Made by a program: the position numbers and the translations under genes
Part shown: positions 26,584 through 36,279 of the stretch, in pieces
Position numbering within the stretch: position 1 is the stretch's first letter
Layout of the letters: every line of letters starts with the position of its first letter
The notes under the pieces: generated by a model
Database searches by the model: none
What the model saw: the letters and a program-made list of their open reading frames with translations, nothing else
Told to the model about the DNA's origin: nothing
DNA from: Planctomycetota bacterium
Lineage (GTDB): Bacteria > Planctomycetota > Planctomycetia > Pirellulales > UBA1268
Assembly (NCBI GenBank): GCA_016872955.1
Contig: VGYP01000001.1
Span: 1 to 57,578 of the forward strand
DNA: 57,578 nucleotides
Reading direction: 5' to 3'

Positions 26584-26874
26584 ATGGATCCCCAGATCAT
26601 CAGCTGGATCGTAAGCCTCATCGCCGGCAGCGTTGGTGGCAACATCGTCGGCGCCCTGCTCAAGAACAAGAGCCTCGGCCCGATACTCAACACCGTGCTC
26701 GGCCTGGTCGGCGGCGGCGTCGGCGGCAAGCTCCTGCCGATGCTCGTGCCGGCGATCGGTCGGCTCGTCGGCGGCAGCGAGAGCCTCACCGTCACGGGCG
26801 GGCTGTCGGCCATCATCGTGGGCGCCGTCCTGCCCCTGATCGTCAGCTTCCTCAAGAAGCCGGCCGCCGCCTGA
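26584..26874 (+). CDS. GlsB/YeaQ/YmgE-family (transglycosylase-associated) small membrane protein
   Basis: MDPQIISWIVSLIAGSVGGNIVGALL...LGLVGGGVGGKLL...IIVGAVLPLIVSFL. Gly-rich TM helices are typical of this family. Confidence 0.7.
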   Translation: MDPQIISWIVSLIAGSVGGNIVGALLKNKSLGPILNTVLGLVGGGVGGKLLPMLVPAIGRLVGGSESLTVTGGLSAIIVGAVLPLIVSFLKKPAAA

Positions 26875-26902
26875 GCGACGCTGCGCGGCATGAGCCACCA
26901 CA

Positions 26903-26944
26903 CCGGCCGGGAGCAGGCCTCTACTCCCGGCCGGCTCGTTTTCT
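26903..26944 (+). terminator. rho-independent terminator
   Basis: An 11-bp perfect stem CCGGCCGGGAG / CTCCCGGCCGG has a 10-nt loop. CTCGTTTTCT follows. Confidence 0.6.
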
Positions 26945-27268
26945 GGTCCAGCGGGGATTTGTGTGGGCAGCGCCGCCGGGGAGACTGCCATCTGCGGTAG
27001 CCCACGACTTTCTCAGGAGGCAGCCCTCTGGAGGCAAGCCGGAGGTTCGATTCGGAGCTCTCCCAGCAGGTTCTCGGCTTGACCTCTCCTTGGAAGGTGA
27101 CGGACGCGAGGCCGGGCTGTTGCTCGTCGCGGAAGACGACCGGCTGACGGGTGCGACGTCCCTGGTGAGAACCGCCACGGAGAACCTGCGGCACCTGTGG
27201 TCGTTCCGCGTCGCGGGCTGTGCGGCCCGGACCTGCGCGACTATGCTGCCGCCCGAGGGGTCCGACGC

Positions 27269-27787
27269 GTGAGACACTGGCTCATCAAGAGCGAACCCGA
27301 GACCTTCTCGATCAGTGACCTCGCCCGGGCCCCCAAGCGGACCACGTCGTGGGACGGCGTTCGGAACTACCAAGCCCGCAACTTCCTGCGGGCCATGCGG
27401 TGCGGCGACCTGGCGATCTTCTACCACTCCAACGCCGACCCGCCGGCCGCAGTGGGGATCGTGACGGTCGTCCGCGAGGCCTTTCCGGACGTCAGCGCCT
27501 GGGACCCCGGCAGCCCCGGCCACGACCCCAAGGCTTCCCCGGCCAATCCGGTCTGGTCGATGGTCGACGTGCAGCTCATGGAAGTCTTCCCGCGACCGCT
27601 GGCCCTCGACGAACTCCGCGGGCAGAAATCCCTGGCGGGCATGGAATTGCTCCGCCGGGGCAGTCGGCTGTCGGTGACGCCCGTCACGGCCACCGAGTTC
27701 CGCACCATCCACACGCTGGCCCACGCGCGGCCGGCGGCGGGCGTGGCACCGACCTCGAGGCCCGCCAAAAAATCCCGCGGCAACTGA
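27269..27787 (+). CDS. EVE domain-containing protein
   Basis: From the GTG start: RHWLIKSEPETFSISDL.....TSWDGVRNYQARNFLRAMRCGDLAIFYHS....AVGIVTVVREAFPD. This is the canonical EVE/PUA-like signature. Confidence 0.85.
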   Translation: MRHWLIKSEPETFSISDLARAPKRTTSWDGVRNYQARNFLRAMRCGDLAIFYHSNADPPAAVGIVTVVREAFPDVSAWDPGSPGHDPKASPANPVWSMVDVQLMEVFPRPLALDELRGQKSLAGMELLRRGSRLSVTPVTATEFRTIHTLAHARPAAGVAPTSRPAKKSRGN

Positions 27788-27822
27788 CGGCGGCCACCCC
27801 GTGTCAGCGGCATAATGGAGGA

Positions 27823-29028
27823 ATGCCCTGCCGGATCGAAAATCCCCCGCCGCCGTCCGCCGCCGCCACGACGCTGCCCGAACCGCTCGCCTGGATCGAC
27901 GGCGACCTGGCGAGGTTGGCGGCGGACGACCTCGTGCGGCCACGACGGGTGCGGACCGGCAAGCAGTCGGCCCGGGTGTCGCTTGACGGGATCGAAATGG
28001 TCAACTTCGGATCGAACGACTACCTCGGCTACGCCGGCGACGTGCGGCTCACGAAGGCCGCCTCCAAGGCTGCCTGCGCCGAGGGCTTCGGCGCGGGCGC
28101 CAGCCCGCTGGTCAGCGGCCACTCGCAGGCCCACGAAGCGCTCGAGCGGGCCGTCGCCGACCTGCTCGCCGTCGAGGCGGCCCTGGTGTTTCCCAGCGGC
28201 TTCGCCGCCAACACCGCCACGATCGCGGCACTGGCCGGCGCCGACGACGTGATCTTCTCCGACGAGCGGAACCACGCGAGCCTGATCGACGGCTGCCGGC
28301 TGTCGCGGGCACGGGTCGTGGTCTACCCGCACCGCGACCTCACCGCCCTCGACCACCTGCTCGACGCGGCCGCCGCCGCCCGCCGCCGGCTCGTCGTTAC
28401 CGACACGTTGTTCTCAATGGACGGCACCGTCGCTCCGCTCGCCGACCTCTGCGAGCTTGCCCGGCGCCATGCCGCGATCCTGATGGTGGACGAGGCCCAC
28501 GCCACGGGCGTGTTCGGCGCTCGCGGCAGCGGCCTCGTCGAGCAGGCCGGCTGCGAGGGGGGCGTCCACGTCCGCGTGGGTACGCTCTCCAAGGCGCTCG
28601 GGGCCGCCGGCGGCTTCGTGGCCGGCCACGGGCGGCTCGTCGAATGGCTCCGGCACAGGGCGCGAGCCTGGATCTTCTCGACGGCCCATCCGCCCGCCGT
28701 CGCGGCCGCGGCCACTCGCGCGATCGCCCTGGTGGCCGCGGAGCCGGAGCGGCGGCGGCACCTGCTCGCCCGCGCGGCCGAGTTCCGCACCGACCTGGCC
28801 GCGAGAAACGTGGCTACCGGCGATGCGGCGGCGCAGATCGTGCCCGTCGTGACAGGCACGGCGACCGCGGCGGTGGCCCTCGCCGGCCGGCTGGCGGCGC
28901 GGGGCTATTTCGTGCCGGCCATCCGTCCACCAAGCGTGCCGGCCGGCGGGAGTCTCGCCCGCGTGAGCCTCTCCTGGCTGCACTCCGAGGCCGACCTGGC
29001 AGGGCTCGCCGATGCACTCGCCGGCTGA
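27823..29028 (+). CDS. bioF: 8-amino-7-oxononanoate synthase (alpha-oxoamine synthase family)
   Basis: GSNDYLGY, SGFAANTATIAAL, DEAHATGVFG and the PLP-lysine motif GTLSKALG. Assignment within the family (BioF versus Kbl) is inferred. Confidence 0.8.
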   Translation: MPCRIENPPPPSAAATTLPEPLAWIDGDLARLAADDLVRPRRVRTGKQSARVSLDGIEMVNFGSNDYLGYAGDVRLTKAASKAACAEGFGAGASPLVSGHSQAHEALERAVADLLAVEAALVFPSGFAANTATIAALAGADDVIFSDERNHASLIDGCRLSRARVVVYPHRDLTALDHLLDAAAAARRRLVVTDTLFSMDGTVAPLADLCELARRHAAILMVDEAHATGVFGARGSGLVEQAGCEGGVHVRVGTLSKALGAAGGFVAGHGRLVEWLRHRARAWIFSTAHPPAVAAAATRAIALVAAEPERRRHLLARAAEFRTDLAARNVATGDAAAQIVPVVTGTATAAVALAGRLAARGYFVPAIRPPSVPAGGSLARVSLSWLHSEADLAGLADALAG

Positions 29029-30370
29029 CCTGCCATGGTGCGTGATCGGCGCCGGGCCGTCGGGCCTGACGGCGCTCAAGCATCTCCATGCCGCCGGTGT
29101 CGCCGCCGAGTGCCTGGAACGCGAGACGGGCATCGGCGGCAACTGGCGGTTCGGCTCCGGCACTAGCCGCGTCTTTGCGTCGACGCGCTTGATCAGCTCC
29201 CGGCGGCTCACCGAGTACGGCGACTTCCGCATGCCCGCCGACTGGCCGGCCTATCCCGATCACCGCCAGTGCCTCGCCTACCTGCAGGCCTACGCCGCTG
29301 AGTTCGGCCTGGCGGAGCACGTCGCGACGGGTGTCGCGGTCGAGCGGATCGAGCCGGCCGGGCCGCCCGGCGCCGGCTGGATCGTGCATGCCACCGGCCG
29401 GCCGCCCCGATCCTACGCCGGCGTGGTGATTGCCAGCGGGCACAACCACGTGCCACGCTGGCCGGAGATCCCCGGTGCCTTCACGGGTGATCTCCTCCAT
29501 GCCGCCGACTACAAGAGCCCGACTGAGCCCTTGGCGATCGCAGGCCGGCGGGTGCTCGTGATCGGCGGCGGCAACTCCGGCTGCGATCTCGCGGTGGAGT
29601 GCTCACGACACGCGGCCCTGACGGCGCACTCCACGCGCCGGGGCTACTTCGTCGTGCCGCGGTTCATCGTCGGCCGCCCGGCCGACCTCCGCGGGGAGCG
29701 GCTGCTGAAGATGCACGCGCCCCTCTGGCTGCGGCGATTGGTCGCCCTCCGCGGCATCGCCGGCACGATCGGCCTGCCCTGGAGCCACGGCCTGCTGAGG
29801 CCCGATCACCGGCTCTTCGAGACCCACCCGGTCGTCAACGCCGACCTGCTCGGGCGGATCGACGCCAACGCGATCCGGCCCGCCGGTGACGTGGCCGCCT
29901 TCGCCGGTGCAAGCGTCCTGTTTCGTGACGGCGGGCGGCAGGATTTCGACGTCGTCATCTGTGCGACCGGCTACCACACGACGCTTCCCTTCATCGACTG
30001 CCGGCTGCTTGGCGCCACGACCGCCGACGGCACGCCCCGGCTGTTCATGAACCTGCTGCATCCCGACCGGGACGACGTCGCTGTGGTCGGGCTCATCCAG
30101 CCAGACAGCGGCCAATGGGGCATCACGGGCGTGCAGGCCCGGCTCGTGGCGGGCATGGCGTCAGCCACGAGGTGGGCGCCGAGGGCCGCGGCCTGGCTCT
30201 ACGCCCGCCGTCGGCGGCCCGGCCGACGATCACCGATCCGATACGTCGACTCGCCGCGGCACACGCTGGAGGTCGAGCACTTCGCCTACCGTCGTGAGCT
30301 CGAGCGACTCGTGACCGCACTCGACCGCCGCCTCCGCGCGTGGCGAGCCCAGCCTACCGTGGAAGCGTGA
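29012..30370 (+). CDS. flavin-containing monooxygenase (NAD(P)/FAD-dependent)
   Basis: CVIGAGPSGLTALKHL is the FAD GxGxxG motif and VIGGGNSGCDLAVE is the NADPH site. ATGY is near the C-terminus. Confidence 0.8.
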   Translation: MHSPADLPWCVIGAGPSGLTALKHLHAAGVAAECLERETGIGGNWRFGSGTSRVFASTRLISSRRLTEYGDFRMPADWPAYPDHRQCLAYLQAYAAEFGLAEHVATGVAVERIEPAGPPGAGWIVHATGRPPRSYAGVVIASGHNHVPRWPEIPGAFTGDLLHAADYKSPTEPLAIAGRRVLVIGGGNSGCDLAVECSRHAALTAHSTRRGYFVVPRFIVGRPADLRGERLLKMHAPLWLRRLVALRGIAGTIGLPWSHGLLRPDHRLFETHPVVNADLLGRIDANAIRPAGDVAAFAGASVLFRDGGRQDFDVVICATGYHTTLPFIDCRLLGATTADGTPRLFMNLLHPDRDDVAVVGLIQPDSGQWGITGVQARLVAGMASATRWAPRAAAWLYARRRRPGRRSPIRYVDSPRHTLEVEHFAYRRELERLVTALDRRLRAWRAQPTVEA

Positions 30371-33300
30371 GCGGCACCGGCTGCCCCGCAGCCGGCGGCC
30401 GACCGAAGATCGCCTCCAGACCGCGGCCGAGCCCCTCGTCGACCACAGCGCGGGCCGTGTTCTCGAGTATCCGCTTGAGCGTCACGTCGATCGCCGTGGC
30501 GTCGAACTGCGGACGGGCGAGCGTGCCCTTGAGCGGAATCGCGATTGGTGTCCGCACGAGCGTGGCCACCACCGGTGTCTGGCCGGCGAGGTCACCGCGA
30601 AAGGCCACCTCCGCGAGCATCGTGATCCCGCCGTCCGCACCGACACTGCCGCGCGATGTGACCGTGAACTGACCCGAATCCATCACGAGGCCATCGTGCC
30701 AGATTCGCCGCTCCGCCAGCCGCAGCCGGATCGGCTCGTTGCGGACTCGCAGCAGGACTGGTTTGTCGGAGAGGGAGAACCGCGGGTCGACCGCTGCCTG
30801 GAGCCTGCCGAGCAGGTTCACCAGGGGCTGCATTGGGCCGCTGGGCCTGACCTCGAACTCCTCGAACGACACCTGCGTGGCGGCCTCGCCGGCGAAGGGG
30901 TCCCGCAGTGGTAGCCGTGCCCCCGCCACGTCGACGGTGACCAAAGCGGACGTGTCGGTGGCCTTACCCAGCAGCGGCGAGATCCAACCCACCAGTCGGT
31001 TCGAGACGTCTCCCGCCACGCGCACGCGCTCGACGACGCGGCCCGGCGGCACGACCACCTCGCCGGGAAAGGGGTCGAGCTTCCACCACGGATTGCCGCG
31101 GAGTCGGCCGCCCGACGCCGACACGTCGAGGGGACCGACCGCGAGCTGCCCCTCGACGAGCCGGATCGGCAGCTCACCCGCCGCCAGTGGCAGACCCTCG
31201 AGGTCGGCGGTCGCCCAGGCGGCCGAGGTCTCGAGCGACAGGCTTTCGAGCCAGTCGACCAACCGCCGCGACGAGGCCGCAGGCCTGACCGGCACCACGA
31301 TCCCCTCGGGCGGGCCGGCGGCGTCGCCCCCCCGCGTGGCCGCCAGCCAGGCTTCCGGCAGCGGCAGCGCCGTCGCGGTGGAGGCCGGGGCGGCCCGCGG
31401 GACCGTGCCGCCGGACAGGGACCCACGGACCGCGAACGGGCGATTGACCGCGCCGGTGAGGCGAATCCGGCCGCCCGTCCAGGGCATGGCCAGTCGGGAG
31501 AGCTGGGACCAATCGTAGGAAAGCGCGCCGGTCAACTCGCCGCGGCGGCGGCCGGACCACTCCTCGACCGCCCCGCGAGCGGCCACGGCCACCGTCGATG
31601 ACTCGATCGCCACGCGGTCGATCACGAGCCTGTCGGCGACCGCCGGCGGTCCCTGCGCCGTGCGGACGAACGGTCGCGTCAGTTCCACGCCCACCGTCGC
31701 CTGCGGTTCGCTCCAGATCGGCCGGGCCTCCCCCTTGCCCCCTGCCCGCTCGGCAACCACCACTTGGCTGCCGGTCGCTTCGGCCACGAGGTTGAGGCCG
31801 AGCTGCGTCTCGGCCACGTCGAGCGTGCCCCACGCGCGGCCGGTGATCGGCCAGGCCGCGGCCGCAGCCGCCGGCAACATCCACTCCTCGAGCCGCGCGA
31901 GGTCGGCCTGCCATTGGATCCGACCCCGAAAGCCGCCGAGCAGCCCAGCCAGCGGACCGTCGGTGGCGACCGGATCGAACCCTGCCAGCCACGTGGCCCC
32001 GCCGCTGCGGACCGACAGCGAACTGGAGAGCACCTCGGCCGATGAGACGTCGACACGGCCCGTCGCGGGGTGGATGACGCCGGCGGCCGTGGCGACGACC
32101 CGCGGCTCGGCCACGTGGCGATTCGCGAAGCGTAGTGCGAACCGCTCGATCTCGCCGCCGGCCTTCGTGATCCGCCAGGCATCGCTGCCCGCCGCCGGCT
32201 CGGGCGCGACCGCGGCGGCGGCGGTGATGCTACCGCCCACCTCCAGGCCGTCCGGCGTCGGCACGACCGCCGCCCAGCGGGCATGCCAGCGGCCGAGGTC
32301 TCCGGTGAGTGAACAGTCCGCCGCCACCTCGCCGCCCGCGGCGGCCGGACGCCAGGTCGGCTGGCGCTGGCGACCCGGCGTCAGGACCGCTGCGGTGTCC
32401 ACCAGCACGCCGCCCGACAGGGACGCCTCGATCGCGTCACCCGCGGCGCTCGCCATGATCCGTGCCCGTTCGATGGCGGCCACCGGCCCGTCGAACGAGC
32501 CGACCACCTGGCCGTCGAGCGTGACTGAGCCGTCGCGCCACGCGGGACGGCCGGGAAGTGCGAGCTCGAGGTCTGCGACACTCGACGCCACGGTCACGCT
32601 GCGAACGCCATTCCCAACCCGCTCCGTGTCGAGCCGGCCCCGAGCCCGGCCTGCCAGCCGCAGCCCGCCGAGATCGAGCACCTCCGAGACCTCGCCGACG
32701 AGCCCGCCGAGGTCGGCCGTCCATTCCACCCGCAGGGCCCCCGGCGTGCCGGTCGCGGAGACCTCGGCCGAGGGTGACACCAGCCGTCCCTCCTCGATCC
32801 GCAGGCCGGCCCCCCGTTCCGGACCGCGGCGACCACGCAGCCACACCGTCAAAGGCTCGCTCCAGCAAAGTTGACGATCGCCGCCGGGCGGACCGGCCGC
32901 GTCCGCGACAGACCGCACCGCCGCCAGGTTGTGGGCGTCGAGTTTCACTTCGATCACCCGATCGGCACCGTCGGCCCGGGCCACGGCGGCCAGGTCGAGC
33001 GTGCCGCCGGTCACCCGCACGTCGGGCCTGACGACCAGGCCACCGGGCAGCGCCGCGGCCGCCGCCGCCAGATCAATCCGCGCGGCCAGCGCAGCGTCGC
33101 GGGCCACGGCGTCCTGGAGCCAGCGCCAGGGGTCGTCGATCGTTAGCGGCAGCCGGCCCGAGGCCTCTGCCTCGAACACCGGGGAGGTCGCCCGCAGCTG
33201 CCGTACCGCGAGCGTGCCGTCGGCGATCACCACGTCGAGCGGCACCTCGCACCGGTCCACCGCGAACAGTTCCGCGAGCGTGTCGGCGGCGCAGACGGCG

Positions 33301-34262
33301 AACGTCTCGAACACGGCCCTGCCCCGCACCGTGCTCGTCGCGGGGGAGGTCGCGACGTCGAGGCGGAGATCGACTAGGCCGTCGACCAGAACGCCCCGCT
33401 GGAACCGGGTGGCCGCCACGCTCGAGATTCCCAGCGGCAGGTGGTGCGTCGCGACGGCGATGGTCCTCCCGCCACCGGCATCGGCGGCGGGCGCCGAGAT
33501 CGACCAGCCGCCGTCGCGGGCGAGTGCCGCCGCGGCCGCCGCCGGAATCGTCGTGCGGTCGAGGCGAGGGACGGCCGTCTCCGGCACGACCGACGGTGCC
33601 GTGGGAAGATCGCCAGCGAAGCCGTCGGCTGGCCGGCCCGCGTGCCGCACGCGGCCGGCCAGCGTCCAGCCAGCGAGCGACCCGTCGGCCGCGAGCGTGC
33701 CGGCGGCCATCAGATCGCACAGCCGCCAGGCATCGCCGCGCGGCACGTCCACCAGTTCGATCGTGCCGCCCACGAGTTCGAGGTCGGCCGTCAAGCCGGC
33801 GGCCGTGCCGGCCACGTTCCGCCAGGGGGCGAGGATGTCCTCGAGCGAGCTGCCACCCGGTCGGACCGCGATCACCGCCTCGGCGCCGGAGAGCCGCACG
33901 GTGCCGAGGTTTCGCGGGTCGGCCGCGAGCGACAACAGCCCCCGCTCGATCACGACGCTCGGCACAATCACCGCCGGCCGCCCCTGGCCGTCGGCGAGGA
34001 CGACGTCGTGGTATTCGATACCCGAGAGCCACGTCCAGCGGGCCGCGCGGCTCGTCACCCGCCCGTCGATGCCGGCGAAGGCCGCCTCCAGTGGCCGGTC
34101 GCGCAGGCTCGTCTGCACGAGCACCGCCGGCGCCATCCACGCGGCGGCGCCGAGGATCGCCAGAGCCGCGAGTGAAAAGACGCCCAGTCGCGGTCGCCGT
34201 CTCAGCCCCGATCGCGATGTTCGCCTCGCCATGAGCGACGAGTATAGGAGCGCCGACTCCAT
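30354..34262 (-). CDS. large AsmA/TamB-like envelope protein
   Basis: 1302 aa. A single N-terminal TM anchor (RRRPRLGVFSLAALAILGAAAWM) is followed by a long Ala/Gly/Val-rich beta-type region. The C-terminus ends ...IAIPLKGTLARPQFD. The family call is tentative. The start may instead be Met-11 at 34232. Confidence 0.55.
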   Translation of the reverse strand: MESALLYSSLMARRTSRSGLRRRPRLGVFSLAALAILGAAAWMAPAVLVQTSLRDRPLEAAFAGIDGRVTSRAARWTWLSGIEYHDVVLADGQGRPAVIVPSVVIERGLLSLAADPRNLGTVRLSGAEAVIAVRPGGSSLEDILAPWRNVAGTAAGLTADLELVGGTIELVDVPRGDAWRLCDLMAAGTLAADGSLAGWTLAGRVRHAGRPADGFAGDLPTAPSVVPETAVPRLDRTTIPAAAAAALARDGGWSISAPAADAGGGRTIAVATHHLPLGISSVAATRFQRGVLVDGLVDLRLDVATSPATSTVRGRAVFETFAVCAADTLAELFAVDRCEVPLDVVIADGTLAVRQLRATSPVFEAEASGRLPLTIDDPWRWLQDAVARDAALAARIDLAAAAAALPGGLVVRPDVRVTGGTLDLAAVARADGADRVIEVKLDAHNLAAVRSVADAAGPPGGDRQLCWSEPLTVWLRGRRGPERGAGLRIEEGRLVSPSAEVSATGTPGALRVEWTADLGGLVGEVSEVLDLGGLRLAGRARGRLDTERVGNGVRSVTVASSVADLELALPGRPAWRDGSVTLDGQVVGSFDGPVAAIERARIMASAAGDAIEASLSGGVLVDTAAVLTPGRQRQPTWRPAAAGGEVAADCSLTGDLGRWHARWAAVVPTPDGLEVGGSITAAAAVAPEPAAGSDAWRITKAGGEIERFALRFANRHVAEPRVVATAAGVIHPATGRVDVSSAEVLSSSLSVRSGGATWLAGFDPVATDGPLAGLLGGFRGRIQWQADLARLEEWMLPAAAAAAWPITGRAWGTLDVAETQLGLNLVAEATGSQVVVAERAGGKGEARPIWSEPQATVGVELTRPFVRTAQGPPAVADRLVIDRVAIESSTVAVAARGAVEEWSGRRRGELTGALSYDWSQLSRLAMPWTGGRIRLTGAVNRPFAVRGSLSGGTVPRAAPASTATALPLPEAWLAATRGGDAAGPPEGIVVPVRPAASSRRLVDWLESLSLETSAAWATADLEGLPLAAGELPIRLVEGQLAVGPLDVSASGGRLRGNPWWKLDPFPGEVVVPPGRVVERVRVAGDVSNRLVGWISPLLGKATDTSALVTVDVAGARLPLRDPFAGEAATQVSFEEFEVRPSGPMQPLVNLLGRLQAAVDPRFSLSDKPVLLRVRNEPIRLRLAERRIWHDGLVMDSGQFTVTSRGSVGADGGITMLAEVAFRGDLAGQTPVVATLVRTPIAIPLKGTLARPQFDATAIDVTLKRILENTARAVVDEGLGRGLEAIFGRPPAAGQPVPLTLPR

Positions 34263-34281
34263 CCCAAGAAGACTGATTCGC

Positions 34282-34920
34282 TCAACGATCGCCGGCCGCG
34301 GCTGGGAGTTGCGCCGGCGTGTCGACGTCGGCGAACGACGCCAGGGTCGGATCGACGGCCGAGAGTTCCCCCTCCGCGAGCAGGCGGACGGCCGCCGGTG
34401 TGTCGAGGCGCAGGCGGTCGATGAGGTCCCGCGGCCTCACGCGGCCGGCGGCCAACGCCGCACCGATCTCGACGGCCAGGTCGGTCTTCAGAGCCGAGAC
34501 GAGTACCTGCGGATGGCCGCCGACGTCGGGCACCGCCCACCGCACGCCCGGCTGGCGGACCGCCGCCACCAGCGCTAGCACGACCTCCGGCCGCAGCCAC
34601 GGCACGTCGCAGGCGACGACCGCGGCGAGCCGCGGTCCGTGACCGGCGTAGAGCAGCGCGTCGTGGATCGCGGCCAACGGTCCGGCCGCCGGCCTCGTGT
34701 CGCGGATGGTCTCGATGCCGGGAGGCAGCGGGGGCAGGGGCTGTCCCGTGGCCGCCACGACGATCACACGGTCGGCCGCGACCGCGACCGCGCGACAGAC
34801 CCGTGCGAGCATGCTCTCGCCGTCCACCATGAGAGCCGCCTTGCCTGCCGGCCCCACCAGCGTGCCCATCCGCCGCGAGCGGCCGCCGGCCAGCACGATC
34901 GCGATCACGTCGTCGGCCAT
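34282..34920 (-). CDS. mobA: molybdenum cofactor guanylyltransferase
   Basis: An internal ATG gives MADDVIAIVLAGGRSRRMG...KAALMV.G.SML. The upstream 165 codons of the 34282..35415 ORF have no coding character. Confidence 0.8.
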   Translation of the reverse strand: MADDVIAIVLAGGRSRRMGTLVGPAGKAALMVDGESMLARVCRAVAVAADRVIVVAATGQPLPPLPPGIETIRDTRPAAGPLAAIHDALLYAGHGPRLAAVVACDVPWLRPEVVLALVAAVRQPGVRWAVPDVGGHPQVLVSALKTDLAVEIGAALAAGRVRPRDLIDRLRLDTPAAVRLLAEGELSAVDPTLASFADVDTPAQLPAAAGDR

Positions 34921-35139
34921 CGGGAGATCCTGCGGCGGTCGGCGCCGGGGCTGCCAAGGCCCGTCGTCGTCACCATCGTACGCCGCGGGCCGGCAGTGTC
35001 CCTGCGCGGCGGCGACCCTTTCTTCCAGCCGGCAGGGCGTTCCCTTGCCGGGGGGCGATGAGAGCGATGACCATGGGACACGGACCACCTCGGCATCCGG
35101 GCCGCGGGAACTGCGCAGCGGATGCCGCCCCCGCCCACG

Positions 35140-36091
35140 GGAGACCCTCCGCGTGAACGCCCGCTGTGCCGCCGCGATCGACTTCGAATCGCTCTCCCCG
35201 GAAAGCCTCCGGCCTCTCGTCGAACCGCCCGCGACGAGGTGGAGCGATTGCTGCATCCCTTCCGTGTCCTCGACGGCGACCGTCACTTCTGGGAGCACGC
35301 CCGCGAGGGATTGGCCGTGCGAGTGGCCGACGGCAGGGCGTGGGCTTATCTGCTTTCGCGGCCCGTCCGGCGGCTGAGCGGTTTCACGTGCTGCCGTGGG
35401 TGCGTCTCGTCTCATCGCTCGAGCGGTTCGCGGAGCTGGCCCTCACCAGCCGCGAGGCGTCCGTCTACCAGGCCACGGCATGACACGACGTCGCCGGTGG
35501 CCCCGCCGCCTACGACGTCACCGTGGGTCCGCTCGACCCGCTGCCACCGGGTCGTGTCACCGGCGCGGCCGGCCTGCCCGCAACGCGGGGCGACGTGGTG
35601 GACAAAGAGACGCACGAATCGCACCGCGTCTCTCGGTAGAAGGGACCGCGGAGCCGGGCCGACATCCGTGTCATCCACGGTGGCACCGGCTCGAGGCAGG
35701 CCGACGTCAACGACGACACCGAGGTCTTCCTGCGGCACGTCGACACCCTGGTGCACGACCAGGTGTCGCGACCGACGGGCCTGCCGCTGCTGGTCGCGGC
35801 GAACGGCCGCCTGGTGGCGGTCTTCCGGCGGCTCTCCCGAAATCCGCTCTTGCTCGAGGATCAGGCGCTCCTCGATCCGCACCTGTTCTGCCCCACCGAA
35901 CTCGCCGCGACCATCGCCCCGGTGTTCGCGGCAGCCCGCGCCCGCAGGATCGCCGCCTGCCGGCGTGCTGCACCGAGGACGTGCTCGGGGCGATCGCCGA
36001 GGAGGTCCTGCGGCACGGCGGCAAGGTGGTGTCCATCGCCCGATCGGCCATGCCTTCCCGGAGCGGCGCCGCGGCGATCTACCGTTTCTGA
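35140..36091 (+). pseudogene. baeRF3-like (bacterial eRF1-fold family) pseudogene
   Basis: The pieces are collinear but spread over three frames. They begin AIDFESLSPESLRPLVE / RDEVERLLHPFRVLDGDRHFWEHAREGLAV / ERFHVLPWVRLVSSLERFAELALTSREASVYQATA. TGA (35481-35483) comes next, then HDVAGGPAAYDV...THESHRVSR and TAG (35637-35639). After that: ...IHGGTGSRQADVNDDTEVFLRHVDTLVHDQVSRPTGLPLLVAANGRLVAVFRRL. A further frame change and deletion precede ...EDVLGAIAEEVLRHGGKVVSIARSAMPSRSGAAAIYRF. The 5' boundary is uncertain. Confidence 0.55.
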
Positions 36092-36279
36092 AGCGGCGAC
36101 CGCCCGCATGCCGGCGGGACCTGTGTCGCGCCACCCGGCACCGGCTCGATCCCGCCATCGCCCTCACTGAAATCCAACGGGCCCGCGCCTGATTCGACAG
36201 GGCGAACCAGCGCCCGGTGGCCGCGGTCGGCCGCGCACGGCACAATCGGTGCCTGCGTTCCTCCGTCACAGGTGTCGCG

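Noticed and set aside
27041-27056. T-loop-like GGAGGTTCGATTCGG in the intergenic region before the EVE gene.
   Set aside because: The flanks do not form a canonical 5-bp T stem around a 7-nt TTCGATT loop. No acceptor or anticodon arms are nearby.
34921-35415. N-terminal 165 codons of the 377-aa ORF 34282..35415 as an extension of mobA.
   Set aside because: MobA homology begins at MADDVIAIVLAGG (ATG 34920). The extension is Arg/Pro/Ser-rich and overlaps the baeRF3-like remnant on the other strand.
35481-35639. In-frame TGA and TAG in the baeRF3-like gene as possible stop-codon readthrough or recoding.
   Set aside because: The same gene also has several frameshifts and a large deletion. There is no SECIS-like or other recoding context. 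Pseudogenisation is the simpler explanation.
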